64,000 nt of DNA from Octopus vulgaris (GCA_951406725.2 OX597815.1:194184001-194248000), one strand, 5' to 3'; shown: positions 40,106-53,562, counted from the first letter of the stretch. Program-made: numbers and translations. The notes: generated by a model not told the origin, from the sequence alone.

Positions 40106-40740
40106 CTTTTTGAGCTTTGTGCTGTATGATAAGTATTACCTCTATCATTAATCCTCAATTTTTATGTAGAATTCTGTGGAATATATATTAATTGCCTAGC
40201 AGTATTTTTCGATCTAGATTTTGTTATTTGTTGTTTTGTGCAGTTTAGCATAATGCAGTTGGTTCTTGTTTTAAGTGAACCGACAGGAGACTGTCGTACT
40301 TGTGTGACCAATATAACTTGTGCATCCAAATTTATAAATCCTTTTTGAGCTTTGTGCTGTATGATAAGTATTACCTCTATCATTAATCCTCAATTTTTAT
40401 GTAGAATTCTGTGGAATATATATTAATTGCCTAGCAGTATTTTTCGATCTAGATTTTGTTATTTGTTGTTTTGTGCAGTTTAGCATAATGCAGTTGGTTC
40501 TTGTTTTAAGTGAACCGACAGGAGACTGTCGTACTTGTGTGACCAATATAACTTGTGCATCCAAATTTATAAATCACATTGTTCGCAGATGTACATGCTT
40601 GTAATGTGCTACTAATTAGGTTTCTTAAAAGATATTTTATGTATTTGTTGTTATTATTAGTGTTAGTTTTATGGTTTGGAGTAATGTACATTGTTTTCTG
40701 TCTTATGAGGTTATAATGTGTTATCTATCCATCGTATACT
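40106..40740 (-). mobile_element. Penelope-like GIY-YIG endonuclease remnant with a 235-bp tandem duplication
   Basis: NNVIYKFGCTSYIGHTSTT (VIY..YIG); 40106-40340 is repeated at 40341-40575. Confidence 0.6.
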
Positions 40741-40761
40741 ATTTGATTCATATGACACATA

Positions 40762-41202
40762 TGAAAAGGTAGTGGATAGCGATTTTCTTCACTACTTCAG
40801 GGAGTGACGACCCTGCCTGACATGAGTCCTGGGCTCAGCTGGCTCCGGCTGACAGTACCCGGTATGGGCCCCTATCCAGGGTTACGAAAAGGAGACAACT
40901 TTCAAAGAAGTCCGGAGTGGAGCTTCGTAGGCGGTTTAGTGTTCGACTCGACACTCTTCCAGCAGCTCCTGCAACCAAGCTGGTGCCAAACGTAATGCTC
41001 TGCGCTCCTTTGGACTACGTCAGCAAGGTCGAGAGAGCAATCCTGACCATTGGGCTACCCAGGATTTTCTTACATCTAACCCAGGCCTGCGCAAAACTGG
41101 AGAGGACAGGAAATGTAAGAACCAGACTGGATTAGCGTATGCGCAATTCCATTGTCTCCCGAGACAAAAGGATGCCAACAACAACAACAACAACAACAAC
41201 AA
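40762..41202 (+). mobile_element. Non-autonomous retroposon (RTE-like UTR-derived), no tRNA head, (CAA)n tail
   Basis: Perfect 13-bp TSD CATATGACACATA at 40749-40761 and 41203-41215; GC-richer than flanks; no long ORF. Confidence 0.75.
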
Positions 41203-41734
41203 CATATGACACATAGACATTAAGAAAACATTGATAAACAGCAAACACATCTATGCTTTATAGAAAATTTCGCATAGATATTCATGATGGAGGTAATAGT
41301 ATAGTCATAACACAGCACGATGCTAAAATAAATACACAATCAACATACATCTGTCACAAATAAAAACCAACACCTGATTGGTGACGTATGTATAATTTAA
41401 CGGTCAAAATTCAAATTCCAGTAGTAAAGGCTACGCTGTCAATATCACTCCATCTTAAAGAGATCATAATTCTAGAAACGTTGACGATAGATTTCGGAAT
41501 TTTACTGTTCCAAACAACCTCAAGGAAGTAATATGAAAATATGGAAGAAATGATAAAAAGGATAAAACCTGGAACACACCCACTCACGCACACACAGTTA
41601 ACATTAGTGCGGGAACGAAATTTACTTAGGTGGTGCAAACCCAGGTCCAAAAGTTTTTACAAAAAAGGTCAATTTTTTTCAATCCTAATATCAAAACAAA
41701 TACAGGTATAATAATATTAATTATTATTATTACC

Positions 41735-42110
41735 ATTCAGTAGTTTTATTTTTATAACGTACTTTCACTTCACTATCGAGCACAGTTCTGTGTGCCTTGG
41801 GTATGTGCTGTGATTTGTTGTGATGCTCTGATGGTTACTGTATTGAAAGTGCTTTGCGTAGGATGTGTGCAGTGCCTAGTAGTGCAATTTTCTGTATGTT
41901 ATATGTGTTTGTAAGTCCTGGTGTTTTTGTTATGTATTTGTCTGAATATTTTTTATCATACCTAATGCACCTACTATGATAGGAATTGTTTCTGTTTTTA
42001 GATTCCACATTCTGGTTACCTCTATTTCCAGGTCTTTGTATTTTGAAAGTTTCTCCATTTCTTTTAGAGACACGTTGTCATCTGCTGGTATTGATACATC
42101 AATTAAAAAA

Positions 42111-42111
<1 letters not shown>
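41735..42111 (-). mobile_element. Second, heavily 5'-truncated copy of the same R4/Dong-like element (3' end only)
   Basis: Near-identical to 42157-42530; bounded by (TAA)n on both sides. Confidence 0.88.
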
Positions 42112-42156
<45 letters not shown>

Positions 42157-42159
<3 letters not shown>

Positions 42160-45028
42160 TAGTTTTATTTTTATAGCGTGCTTTCACTTCACTACCGAGC
42201 ACAGCTCTGTGTGCCTTGGGTATGTGCTGTGATTTGTTGTGATGCTCTGATGGTTATTGTATGGAAAGTGTTCTGCGTAGGATGTGTGCAGTGTCTAGTA
42301 GTGCAATTTTCTGTATGTTATATGTGTTTGTAAGTCCTGGTGTTTTTGTTATGTATTTGTCTGAATATTTTTTTATCATGCCTAATGCATCTACTATGAT
42401 AGGAATTGTTTCTGTTTTCAGATTCCACATTCTAGTTACCTCTATTTCCAGGTCTTTGTATTTTGAGAGTTTCTCCATTTCTTTTAGAGACACGTTGTCA
42501 TCAGCCGGTATTGATACATCAATTAGAAAGCATTTTTTTCTTCATCATCTCCGACAACTATATCTGGTCTGTTGGCCTTAATTTCTCTATCTGTGTGTAT
42601 CGGCATATCCCAGAGTATGGTTGCTTTCTCGTTTTCTGTGACCTTTTCTGGTGTGTGCTTATACCATCTTTTTTCTGTTGTTATTCCATAATGTTGGCAT
42701 AGCTTCCAATCTATGTAGGTTCCAACTCTGTCATGTCTGTGAATATATTCCTTCTTAGCCAAGACTGGGCAGCTAGAGATAATATGATTTATTGTTTCTT
42801 GTCCATCTCCACATATTCTGCAGTTACTTGTAATATTTCTTTTCATTACATGTTTTTGGTAATTTCTGGTGGGGAGGCTTTGGTCTTGTGCTGCAATTAA
42901 AAATCCCTCTGTTTCTGCTTTGAGTCCTGAGCTTCTCAACCATTGGTGGGATTTTTCTTTGTCTATTTCTTTTGCGTTTAGTTTAGTCCAGTATTTACCA
43001 TGAAGGGGCTTTTCTTGCCATCGTTTTATCATGGTTCGTTGCTGTTCTATTTTTAGTTTGGATTTCATTTGTTTTATAGCTTTTGTTGTTTCTTCATCTT
43101 CTTCTTCTTCTTCTTCTTCATGTTTATTAGGTGGTATGATTTCTTGTTTGTATTTGTCAGCTTCCTTAAATACTGAGAACAGTTTTTTTGTTTTGCTCGT
43201 GTTTTGCCGCTATCTGGATCAGTTTTCCTTCCTTCTGAAGTAGATATTTTTGCAGTCCTATGGTGGTTATTTTATAGTAGTTTTCCAGCTGTATAAGGCC
43301 TCTACCACCTTCTATACGTTGTATATATAGTCTTTCTATGTCAGAATTTGGGTGATGCATCCTAGATCCTGTCATTATTTTTCTTGTTTTCCTATCTATT
43401 TTGGTCAGTTCATTTCGTGTCCAGTTAAGGATATTGTAGCTGTAACTTATAACTGGGACAGCTAAAGTGTTGATACCTATTATCTTGTTTTTAGCATTGA
43501 GCTCTGTGTTTAGTATTGATCTAACTCGTCTATAATATTCTTTTTTATTTTCTCTTTCATTTGTGTGTGTTGTGTCTTATCTAGTTCATGGATTCCTAAG
43601 TATTTGTAAGTTTGGCTTTGGTCTAATTCTTTTATTTCATTGGTTTTATCTAGTGTGATGTTGTTACTCTTAACTAGTTTTCCTCTTTTCAGGGTTACTT
43701 TGGCGCATTTTTCTAATCCAAATTTCATATCTATTTCTTTAGTAAATCCATGAACTGTCTTTAATAGTGTTTCCAGCTGTTTGTCATTTGCAGCGTATAG
43801 TTTTAGGTCATCCATATATAAAAGGTGGCTGATCGTTTTGCCGTAACATTTATATCCGCATCCAGTTCTATTTAGCATATCAGATAGAGGTGACAGTGCC
43901 AAGCAGAAAAGGAGTGGAGAGAGCGTGTCTCCATGGAATATTCCTCTTCTAATGGGGATGTCTTTGGTTTTCATGAGTCCCTCTTTTGTTTGGAGGTGTA
44001 GGACTGTTTGCCATTTATTCATAGAGTGCTCTATGAATTTTATGATTGTTGGTGCTACTTTGTTAATAGCTAGTGTTTCGAGGATCCATGTGTGGGGGAT
44101 GCTATCAAACGCCTTTTTGTAGTCAATCCAGGCCATACTGAGGCCTTTCTTCTTTCTGTGGCTGTCTTCAGTTATGGCTTTATTAATCATTAGTTGATCT
44201 TTACAGCCATATGAGCCTTTGCGGCATCCTTTCTGCTCTTCTGGGAACAGTTTGTTTTCGTCCAGGTGCTTGTTCAGCCTTTGTGATATCACTGCAGTAA
44301 ATGCCTTGAACATAGTAGGGAGGCAGGTTATTGGTCTGTAGTTTTCTGGTTTTTCTGTTTCATTTGATTTGGGAATTAAGATGGTTTTCCCCTTCGTGAG
44401 CCATTCAGGCATTGTCTCTGGCTCTGCTAGTACTTTGTTAAAGTTTTCAGCCAGCTTTTTGTGCATTCCTGTTAGATATTTCAACCAGAAGTTGGGGATC
44501 TTGTCATGCCCAGGTGCCTTCCAGTTGCTTAGTCTTTGCAGTGCCTGGGTGACCTCTTCAGTTGTTATGGGGGTCCAAAGTTGTTCAGATGCCGAGTTTG
44601 TTATTCTGATACTCCTTTTTTTGGTGGTTCGTTCGCCGACCATATTTCTCCCCAGAATTCTTCCAATTCTTCTGCCGTTGGTGCTGCAGTGACTTCTATT
44701 TTATTTTTTCCCAGTTCTTGGTAGAACTTTTTGGGGTTAGAGTTGAACTTTTTGTTTTCTTCAAAGAAGCGTTGGCGTTTCTTGTACCGGCGGATCCTTT
44801 GTGCTTTGGCAAGGATATCTTGCTTCAGCTTTTCTTTTATTTCAGGCAAATCTTTCTCTGTGATGTTATATTTGCGGAGTATTTTTGTTCTCTTTTTGTT
44901 GCTCAGTAGCGTTGATTGTTTGCTGATTTCATTAAGAATCGACAGGTCTTTTCTAATTTTTTTTATTTTGCTTTGGATGTTATTTATCCACAGGGTTTGT
45001 TTGGGTGGTGGTACTCCTGTTTGGGCGG

Positions 45029-45029
<1 letters not shown>
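42157..45029 (-). mobile_element. R4/Dong-like non-LTR retrotransposon (RT + CCHC + restriction-like endonuclease), 5'-truncated, in a (TAA)n microsatellite
   Basis: ORF pieces give KAPGHDKI, ENYRPITCL, WIDYKKAFDS, GIFHGDTLSP, YMDD, CRICGDGQETINHIISSC, RHD, RPDIVV..ID; (TAA)n on both flanks; several frameshifts. Confidence 0.9.
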
Positions 45030-45067
<38 letters not shown>

Positions 45068-45107
45068 GTTGTTGTTGTTGTTGTTCTTGTTGTTGTTGTT
45101 GTTGTTG

Positions 45108-45171
<64 letters not shown>

Positions 45172-45181
45172 TATCATTATC

Positions 45182-45242
<61 letters not shown>

Positions 45243-48129
45243 TTGTACATCAATCAAGTCAGATTAGTCTAATAATGGAAAAGTAATGTTTCAGATCAGT
45301 CCAAAAATATTTCTATTCTCGTTCGTTTCGGCGATAAAGTTTTTCAGGAGGTTGTTCAAAGCATATTTATTGCTCCCCCAAATTTTAAGGGGTGCAAGCG
45401 CAACACCTGCACTCCCTCCCTGTTCCCGTGTCTATGATAGTTAACCCCATAAGTGTAATATCTCGCTACTGTTACTAAGATGAAATGATCAAGTCTTACA
45501 AGGGTTATTTACTTTCAGTAAATACGAGACCTTCAGTGGTGATACAAGCCATTTAAGGTTATATGATTCTTCCATTTTCACAAAGCGATCTGCCATTAAG
45601 GATCAACGATATCTTTTATCCTTTACTTGTTTCAGTCAACTGACTGAGGCCATGCTGGGGGCACTGCCTTGAAGAACCCTTAGTCGAATGAATCGACACC
45701 CAGTATTCTTTTTAAGCCTGGTAACTTATTTTATTGGGTTCTTTTGCCAAACCGCTAAGTCACGGGTACGTAAAAACGCTAACGCCGATTGTCAAGCAGT
45801 GAGAGGGGACAAACACAGACAGACAGACAGAGACACAGACAGACACATACACAAGATCGACGGGCTTCTTTCGGTTTCCATGAACCATATCCACTCACAA
45901 GGCTTTGATCGGCCCGAGGCTATATAGTAGAAGACACTTTCCCAAGATGTCACGCAGTGAGATTGAACCCGGAATCAAGTGTTTGGGAAGCAAACTTCTT
46001 ATTTCTTTACTACCCACAAGGGGCTAAACATAGAGAGGACAAACAAACGGATTAAGTCGATTATATCGACTCCAGTGCATAACTGGTACTTAATTTTTCG
46101 ACCCCGAAAGGATGAAAGCAAAGTCAACCTCGGCGGAATTTGAACTCAGAACGTAACGGCAGACGAAATACCTATTTCTTTATTACCCACAAGGGGCTAA
46201 ACATAGAGGAGACAAACATGGACAGACATAGGTATTAAGTCGATTATATCGACCCCAGTGCATAACTGGTACTTAATTTTTCGACCCCGAAAGGATGAAA
46301 GCAAAGTCAACCTCGGCGGAATTTGAACTCAGAACGTAACGGCAGACGAAATACCACTAAGCATTTCGCCCGGCGTGCTAACGTTTCTGCCAGCTCACTT
46401 CTTACCACAAAGTCACGCCTGCGCTTATAAATCATTTCGATTTAATCTGCAAAAATCTGTCGCGTAGTTATTGATAGTGCACCATCTATGGTTGGATTCA
46501 CCCAAAAACTTGTGGCTTTAATCAATAAAGAATTGGAAATCTGTCAACTGGATCATAATAACAATGCATCCTTAAGTTATTCCCCAATAAAAATTTATGA
46601 AACGTTCTCCAATACTGATGAAAACGGTAACAAAATATATCAACTCTTTACTAAAAGTCAATAAATATAGGATTTAAAAAAATATTAAAACTCTACTTAG
46701 CGAAATATACTGATTTAAAAAAATACTATTGCGAGGTTCGGTGGCTAAGTGAAAATCGTATGCCAAGGTGCTTCATTGAAATGAAATTTGGAGAATAATT
46801 CTTCGCAGATGTCGAAACACACCATTATAAAATCAGAAGTCCAAAAATGGTTATGTGATTGCCATTTTTGGTTTATGGCATGAACCAGTTAAACGATTTC
46901 ATTTTGAAATTATAATGATTTAATTAACTTTATATCGACGCAAACGTTACGACTTGAAAAATGCTGTTATTGTTCCTAACTGAAATGACAAACATTAAAA
47001 AAACAAAGTAGGAGAAACCTATTTCTTTATTACCCACAAGGGGCTAAACACAGAGGGGACAAACAAGGACAGACATAGGTATTAAGTCGATTACATCGAT
47101 CCCAGTGTGTAACTGGTACTTAATTTATCGACCCCGAAAGGATGAAAGGCAAAGTTGACCTCGGCGGAATTTGAACTCAGAACGTAACGGCAGACGAAAT
47201 ACCGCAAAGCATTTCGCCCGGCGTGCTAACGTTTCTGCCAGCTCACCACCTTCAACAAAGTAGAAGAAACCGTGTGGTATACTTTCCATCACCGAAAGTT
47301 TGAACGAACAAAGACGAGAATCGATGGTGGAGTCCTTTACACTGTTTTAATCCTTTGGATTAATTTCGAAAAAAAGGTCATAATTTTTTGAAAACCATGA
47401 AATCAAACAATGAAGATGCAAAACTTCTTTTGATGTGATACCAAAATGAAAGGATGTGATTCCTTACAACACAATTTCATTCAATTACATTCGGATAATA
47501 TTTTGATAACCAAATTTAATGGGTGGTCTACTTTGAAATTATCAAAGTCCTATAATAGTGGATGAAAAATATCCACTTTTTTGGGGGAGTTACGCACTGA
47601 GAATTACATTACTGATTTCTACAACAGTTTTTTTTTTATTCTCCTCCACATTGAACTTAACCAAGAACCACTTGTATTGTCAGACCTACAGATAATAATC
47701 TTACAAATCAACTAAGATCTGCTGCATCATGCGTCTCATCTGACATCTCAGAACTTTTCAAATTCTGATTAAGATTCAAATTTAATTAAATTTAAAACAT
47801 TCTTCTCCGCAGCATCTTTGTTGTTTTGGCATTTAAAGCATTGTAACTATCAGGTTAATTAATGAAGTATAGCGTTTTAATTAATGTTGCTTAGTGTGCT
47901 TGAGGACACAGCTTTGAATTTTAGAAAATTAAAACTCCATTATTTTCTCATTACAGGTGCGCCCACGCAGGATTTTTTATGCGTTTGTAATCCATCTCAG
48001 GTATTAAAAAGATTCGCCCACCACTGTTCTACGTCGTCGTTTGACCAGGTAGAACTAGCAGCCAAGCTCTTCGAATTAAGTCCTAACATACATACAAAAA
48101 AAGGAAGGACATTGTAGTCTTGGATATAA

Positions 48130-48143
48130 ACTGCTTCGGCAGT

Positions 48144-48183
<40 letters not shown>

Positions 48184-48234
48184 GGCCCCTGGGCAAGGAT
48201 GACACGCAAATTCGTGAAGCGTTCCCTATATTTT
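48130..48234 (+). pseudogene. U6 snRNA retro-copy (near full length), fused to a family A SINE
   Basis: GCTTCGGCAGTACATATACT...ACAGAGAAGATTAGCATGG...GAAGCGTTCCCTATATTTT; one C>G change in the ISL region; its T-tract abuts the SINE head at 48235. Confidence 0.93.
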
Positions 48235-48632
48235 AGGCGCAGGAGTGGATGTGTGGTAAGTAGCTTGCTTAACAACCACATGGTTCCGGGTTCAGTCCCT
48301 CTGCGTGGCACCTTGGGCAAGTGTCTTCTACTATAATCTCGGGCCGACCAAAGCCTTGTGAGTGGATTTGGTAGACGGAAACTGAAAGAAGCCCGTCGTA
48401 TATATATGTGTGTGTGTGTATATGTTTGTGTGTCTGTGTTTGTCCCCACAACATCGCTTGACAACCGACGGTGGTGTGTTTATGTCCCCGTAACTTAGCG
48501 GTTCGGCAAAAGGACCGATAGAATAAGTACTAGACTTCCAAAGAATAAGTCCTGGGGTCGATTTGCTCTACTAAAGGCGGTGCTCCAGCATGGCCACAGT
48601 CAAATGACTGAAACAAGTAAAAGAGTAAAAGA
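48235..48632 (+). mobile_element. Family A tRNA-derived SINE, full length (representative of >15 copies, e.g. 6148-6450, 8790-9175, 18488-18890, 25432-25895, 48881-49300, 51805-52173, 57745-58238)
   Basis: Head AGGCGCAGGAGTGG(C/A)TGTGTGGTAAG...GGTTCAGTCCC; internal (TA/TG)n; tail GGCGGTGCTCCAGCATGGCC...TGAAACAAGTAAAAGA. Confidence 0.88.
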
Positions 48633-49481
48633 GTAGTTCTAGATATAATGATTTCAAATTTTGGCACAAGGCCAGCAATTTTTAAGTGAGTGGGTAAGTT
48701 GACTATACATCGATCTTAGTGCTCAGTTGGTACTTATTGTACCAACTCCGAAAGAATGAAAGGTAAATCCGACCTCGGCGGAATTTGAACTCAGAACGTA
48801 AAAAACAAACAAGAAATGCTGCTAAACGTTTTGTGGGCATAGTAACGATTCTACCAGCTCGCCATTTTAGTTCTAAATATAGGCGCAGGAGTGGCTGTGT
48901 GGTAAGTAACTTGTTTACCAACCACATGGTTCCAGGTTCAGTCCCACTGCGTGGCACCTTGGGCAAGTGTCATCTACTATAGCCTCGGGCCAACCAAAGC
49001 TTTGTGAGTGGATTTGGTAGACGGAAACTGAAAGAATCCCGTCGTATATATGTATATATATATATATATATGCGTGTGTGTGTTTGTGTGTCTGTGTTTG
49101 TCCCCCTAGCATTGCTTGACAACCGATGCTGGTGTGTTTATGTCCCCGTTACCTTGCGGTTCGGCAAAAGAGACCGATAAAATAAGTACTGGGCTTACAA
49201 AAGAATAAGTCCCGGGGTCGAGTTGCTCGATTAAAGGCGGTGCTCCAGCATGGCCGCAGTCATATGACTGAAACAAGTAAAAGAGTAAAGAGTAAAAGAA
49301 TATAGTAACGATTGTAGCAGCTCGCCGTTTTAGTTCTAAATATAAGAAAAACAGATGGTCACGGTTGAAGCGTCGTGGTCAGAAGTGTTCTCAATCATGG
49401 ATGATCTGGAGCTAAACAGCAACAAAAAACGACCGAAATAAATTCAGTGAAAGACAATTCTAAAGAGAACAACAATCTTAC

Positions 49482-50022
49482 CTGGTTCGTTTTCAGCAAC
49501 TGCGAGTAGATTCGTAATGTTGCCGAAATTCTCCTCACTGTCATCATCAAGCGGTGATGATACTGTTTCGGTATAAGACTTGGCTGGTTGTCCACCAGTC
49601 TGTGCATTCGTTGATGGCTTATAAGGGTGATTTGCAACTGATGGTTTGTTAACAAGAGGAGGTAACCGATCCATAAGACTTGGAAGTCGTGATTTATAAG
49701 GCTTCATCCGCTTAAAAATACTTCTGTATTCCTCGACTTTATAGAAAGTTGCGTAAGCTATACGAGGCAACTTTTTGAGACTTTTATAGTGGAACGAACT
49801 GGCTTCGTGATCGGGAAATGAAGATGTGATCCTATTGATTTTTTCTGGAGGATAAGCAGGCCAATTGGGCGACGTAAATGTCAATCCGATGTCGGTACCA
49901 GCATCGACCGGAAACAATTTCATGATCACCTTTTTCTTCCATTTCTTCTTAGAGCAGAGGTTTAAAGAACTCACTCCAACGAACCAGTCAGGACTCGGAA
50001 TTATCTTTACTATAAAAGAAAC
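49482..50022 (-). CDS. SPON2: Spondin-2/mindin-like gene, exon encoding the C-terminal half of the Spondin_N domain plus linker
   Basis: Minus strand aattcag|GTT TCT...CCA G|gtaag; 541 bp, phase 0/1; VSFIVKIIPSPDWFVGVSSLNLC...DAGTDIGLTFTSPNWP is the Spondin_N signature; upstream exons not found in the window. Confidence 0.9.
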
Positions 50023-50418
50023 CTGAATTAAAGAAATAAAGAGAGAAATAACTGTGAGACAAATCGTTTGAAAATGTGCATTTTGTGTGAAATTGAAAGA
50101 CATTCAGAGCTGAGAATTGTTTCAATTTAACTGAATGCATAATAACAACTATTGTTTTCAAAGTTAGAAGCCACACACGCGCACACACACACATACACTA
50201 TATATATATATATATAAAACTTAGATAAAAACTTAGATATGTTTCGACCAGAGATTGGTCCAGGCCATGTCTAACTTAATAGCATCACCTGATAGAATTA
50301 TTCGAATCCTGTTTAAGTCAAGTTTTGTTCAAGTAGTGAGTTCTTGTTGGGTGAGTTGTATCCAGTTTTGTTCAAGTAGTGAGTTCTTGTTGGGTGAGTT
50401 GTATCCAATTATGGGTGG

Positions 50419-50485
<67 letters not shown>

Positions 50486-50870
50486 ATTTAGAATGGTCAT
50501 TTTGCCAGTTTAGCCAATAAAAACACACGCACTATATATTTTATTGGCTAAACTGGCAAAATGACCATTCCTAAATACAACAATATCTGTTTCAACATAC
50601 GACTTAACATAAAAAATCTTGCACAACAAATATTTAAACGTACTATATATATATATATATACATATATAGACGCCATGATAGATCGTTAGCCACTATACC
50701 CATTTTTTTCTTTCCTTGTTTCTCTCCTTGTTTTTTCTGTGTACCTTTCTGTAGAAGAGCGTAGGCTCGAAACGTAAAAGACTTTTTCTATTCCTGAGCG
50801 CTATACTAATACATCTGTTTGTTTTGCACACCATCTGCCTTCGTCTTTTGTTTATTTTCGTAAACTTTCC

Positions 50871-50924
<54 letters not shown>

Positions 50925-52519
50925 GTATATATATATGTGTGTGTGTGTGCGTGTATACTAAGAGAGATAAAGAGAGAGGGAGAGGGGAGAGAAAGGGATA
51001 ATAAGCAGAAACTAGTTATGATATTCAATGCTTTATAAGACATACACGCGTTTCAGTGAAAGGTCGAAATAATTACATAACATTTGAAGCAACATTATGC
51101 AATGATGTACTTCACCTAATCAGTGTTCCCACAATAAATAAGTAAATAAATAAATACAGACAGACAGACAGACACACACACACAGACACACGCACACGCA
51201 CACACACACGCACACGCTTCTATACACCTCTCCATGGAGAATATAACAACGCCAACCAAAGACTAATACCTGAAAACACTTCTCCAGAAAAACCGAAAGT
51301 TCATTAAGCCGAAACTTCAAAATTACGGTCAACCGTTTAAATATGTACTCTACTTAAAAGAACAGAATACTTCTTAAAAGCAAATGATAAATTATAAATC
51401 CATGTGAGTGCTTTACTGATATTAAATAAAAAAAAAAAGAAAAGAAAAGATGCTGCAACATCTTCTACAATTCTCCAGAGAGGTTCTGCCAATCAAGAAG
51501 CACTTCTGTAAAATAACCAAAAGTTTTATCTAGAGACTATGATGGAAAATTTAACACTACGAACAAGACAAACATGATGAAAATCCGTATCAACAACTGC
51601 GGCCCTCGACCCATCAAGCTGTCTAATAGCCCTTTAACCCTCCAACTGCCACATCCTTGCTGTTCCACTGGGTGAAAGCTAGAAGGGTCTAGAGTACATG
51701 CTACAAAGGCATACTCACTTGTGAGTGACGGGTGTAGTTTTTCACAACTATAGTATCAAACATTTTCAGCTCAGTGAGTCATTCATAACAAAACTGAATT
51801 AATTTGGCTGTGTGGTAAGTAGCTTGTCTACCAACCATATGGTTCCGGGTTCAGTCCCACTGCGTGGCACCTTGGGCAAGTGTCTTCTACTATAGCCTCG
51901 GGCCGACCAAAGCCTTGTGAGTGGATTTGGTAGACGGAAACTGAAAGAAGCCTGTCGTATATATGTATATATATATGCGTGTATGTGTTTGTGTGTGTGT
52001 GTTTGTCCCTTAGTGTTTATGTCCCCGTTACTTAGCGGTTCGGCAAAAGAGACCGATAGAATAAGTACTGGGCTTACAAAAGAATAAGTCCCGGGGTCGA
52101 GTTGTTCGATTAAAGGCGGTGCTCCAGCATGGCCGCAGTCAAATGACTGAAACAAGTAAAAGAGTAAAAGAGTATGCAAATTAGGTTTTCCGGTTTAGTA
52201 ACGCCCCCAATTGTTCTTACAGACAACAGACAGGTCGCAATTCCTGCATCGAAACCATTTGCAGCATTTGTACTTTAACTATCCACAAGGAGATTTATTT
52301 TTATTTTTATAACAAGCAAAGTTGCTTGTTAGAAAATCTGTATAAGAGATGGAAGTAGTGACTATACTGAGAAGAAATGTTTATCGCCACATCAATATAA
52401 TGACTGTTCCGTAGGAATCGATGTTACTACTGTCTTTAACCTCAAGAGGAGCATCCTCCAACTCGTTATCGATGCAATCTGCGCCCGATATATATTGCAA
52501 GCAGGGGAGCAAACCCCTA

Positions 52520-52852
52520 CCATCTTCTAGCAGACGACGAGATCACTAATCCCAGTTTATCCAGATTCTCCTTTAAGCATTTGCTAACAAAACCTAGTGC
52601 TTCAATTATTATTGGTATGAATATGAATTCATAGTCTGGATATAGAAGCTGGAGGTTACGAAGCAGTTGTCCATATATATCATCTTTTTCTTTGATTTTC
52701 AAAGAAATATTTATATCTGCAGGGAAGCTGACCTCTATAAGGGTACATAACTTTGCCCCTCTGTCCCAAACAACAATATCCGGCCTGTTATGCTTACATT
52801 TGACAGAAGTATTGATGGGAATGTATCACCAATACTCCTTGAATTGGTGTTT
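52520..52852 (-). mobile_element. Fragment of a different RLE-type (R4-like) non-LTR element, endonuclease region
   Basis: Minus-strand translation HNRPDIVVWDRGAKLCTLIEVSFPADINISLKIKEKDDIYGQL...IPIIIEALG; abuts a (CATA)n microsatellite. Confidence 0.7.
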
Positions 52853-53479
52853 ATGTATGTATGTATGTATGTATGTATGTATGTATGTATGTATGTATGT
52901 ATGTATGTATGTATGTGTATATGTGTATGTATTTATATATGTATGTGTATGTGTGTATGTATGTATTTATGTATGTATGTGTGCAGATTTGTATGTTTTA
53001 CTATTTCGGGCTATTTGTGCCCATTCTCAGGAGTGACCACCCGTCAACAAGACATAACAGCGATTCGCTCCAGCTCACAATATATAGAAAACTAAGCAAC
53101 AATCAGTCACTGATCTCGCAATAAAAAGGCCTTTTATCTTTTTCTTATTTCAGTCATTGGACTGCGGCCATGCTGGGGCATCAACTTGAAGGGTTTAGTC
53201 GACCAAATTGATTTATTAAGGTTATATGATTCTTCCATTTTCACAAAGCGATCTGCCATTAAGGATCAACGATATCTTTTATACTTTACTTGTTTCAGTC
53301 AACAGACTGCGGCCATGCTGGGGGCACTGACTTGAAGAACCCTTAGTCGAATGAATCGACACCCAGTTTTTTTTTAAGCCTGGTAACTTATTTTATTGGG
53401 TTCTTTTGCCAAACCGCTAAGTCACGGGTACGTAAAAACGCCAACACCGATTTTCAAGCAGTGAGAGGAGACAAACACA

Positions 53480-53562
<83 letters not shown>

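Noticed and set aside
48125-48130. TATAAA as a U6 promoter TATA box
   Set aside because: It abuts the U6 sequence instead of lying ~25-30 bp upstream, and it is part of the candidate TSD
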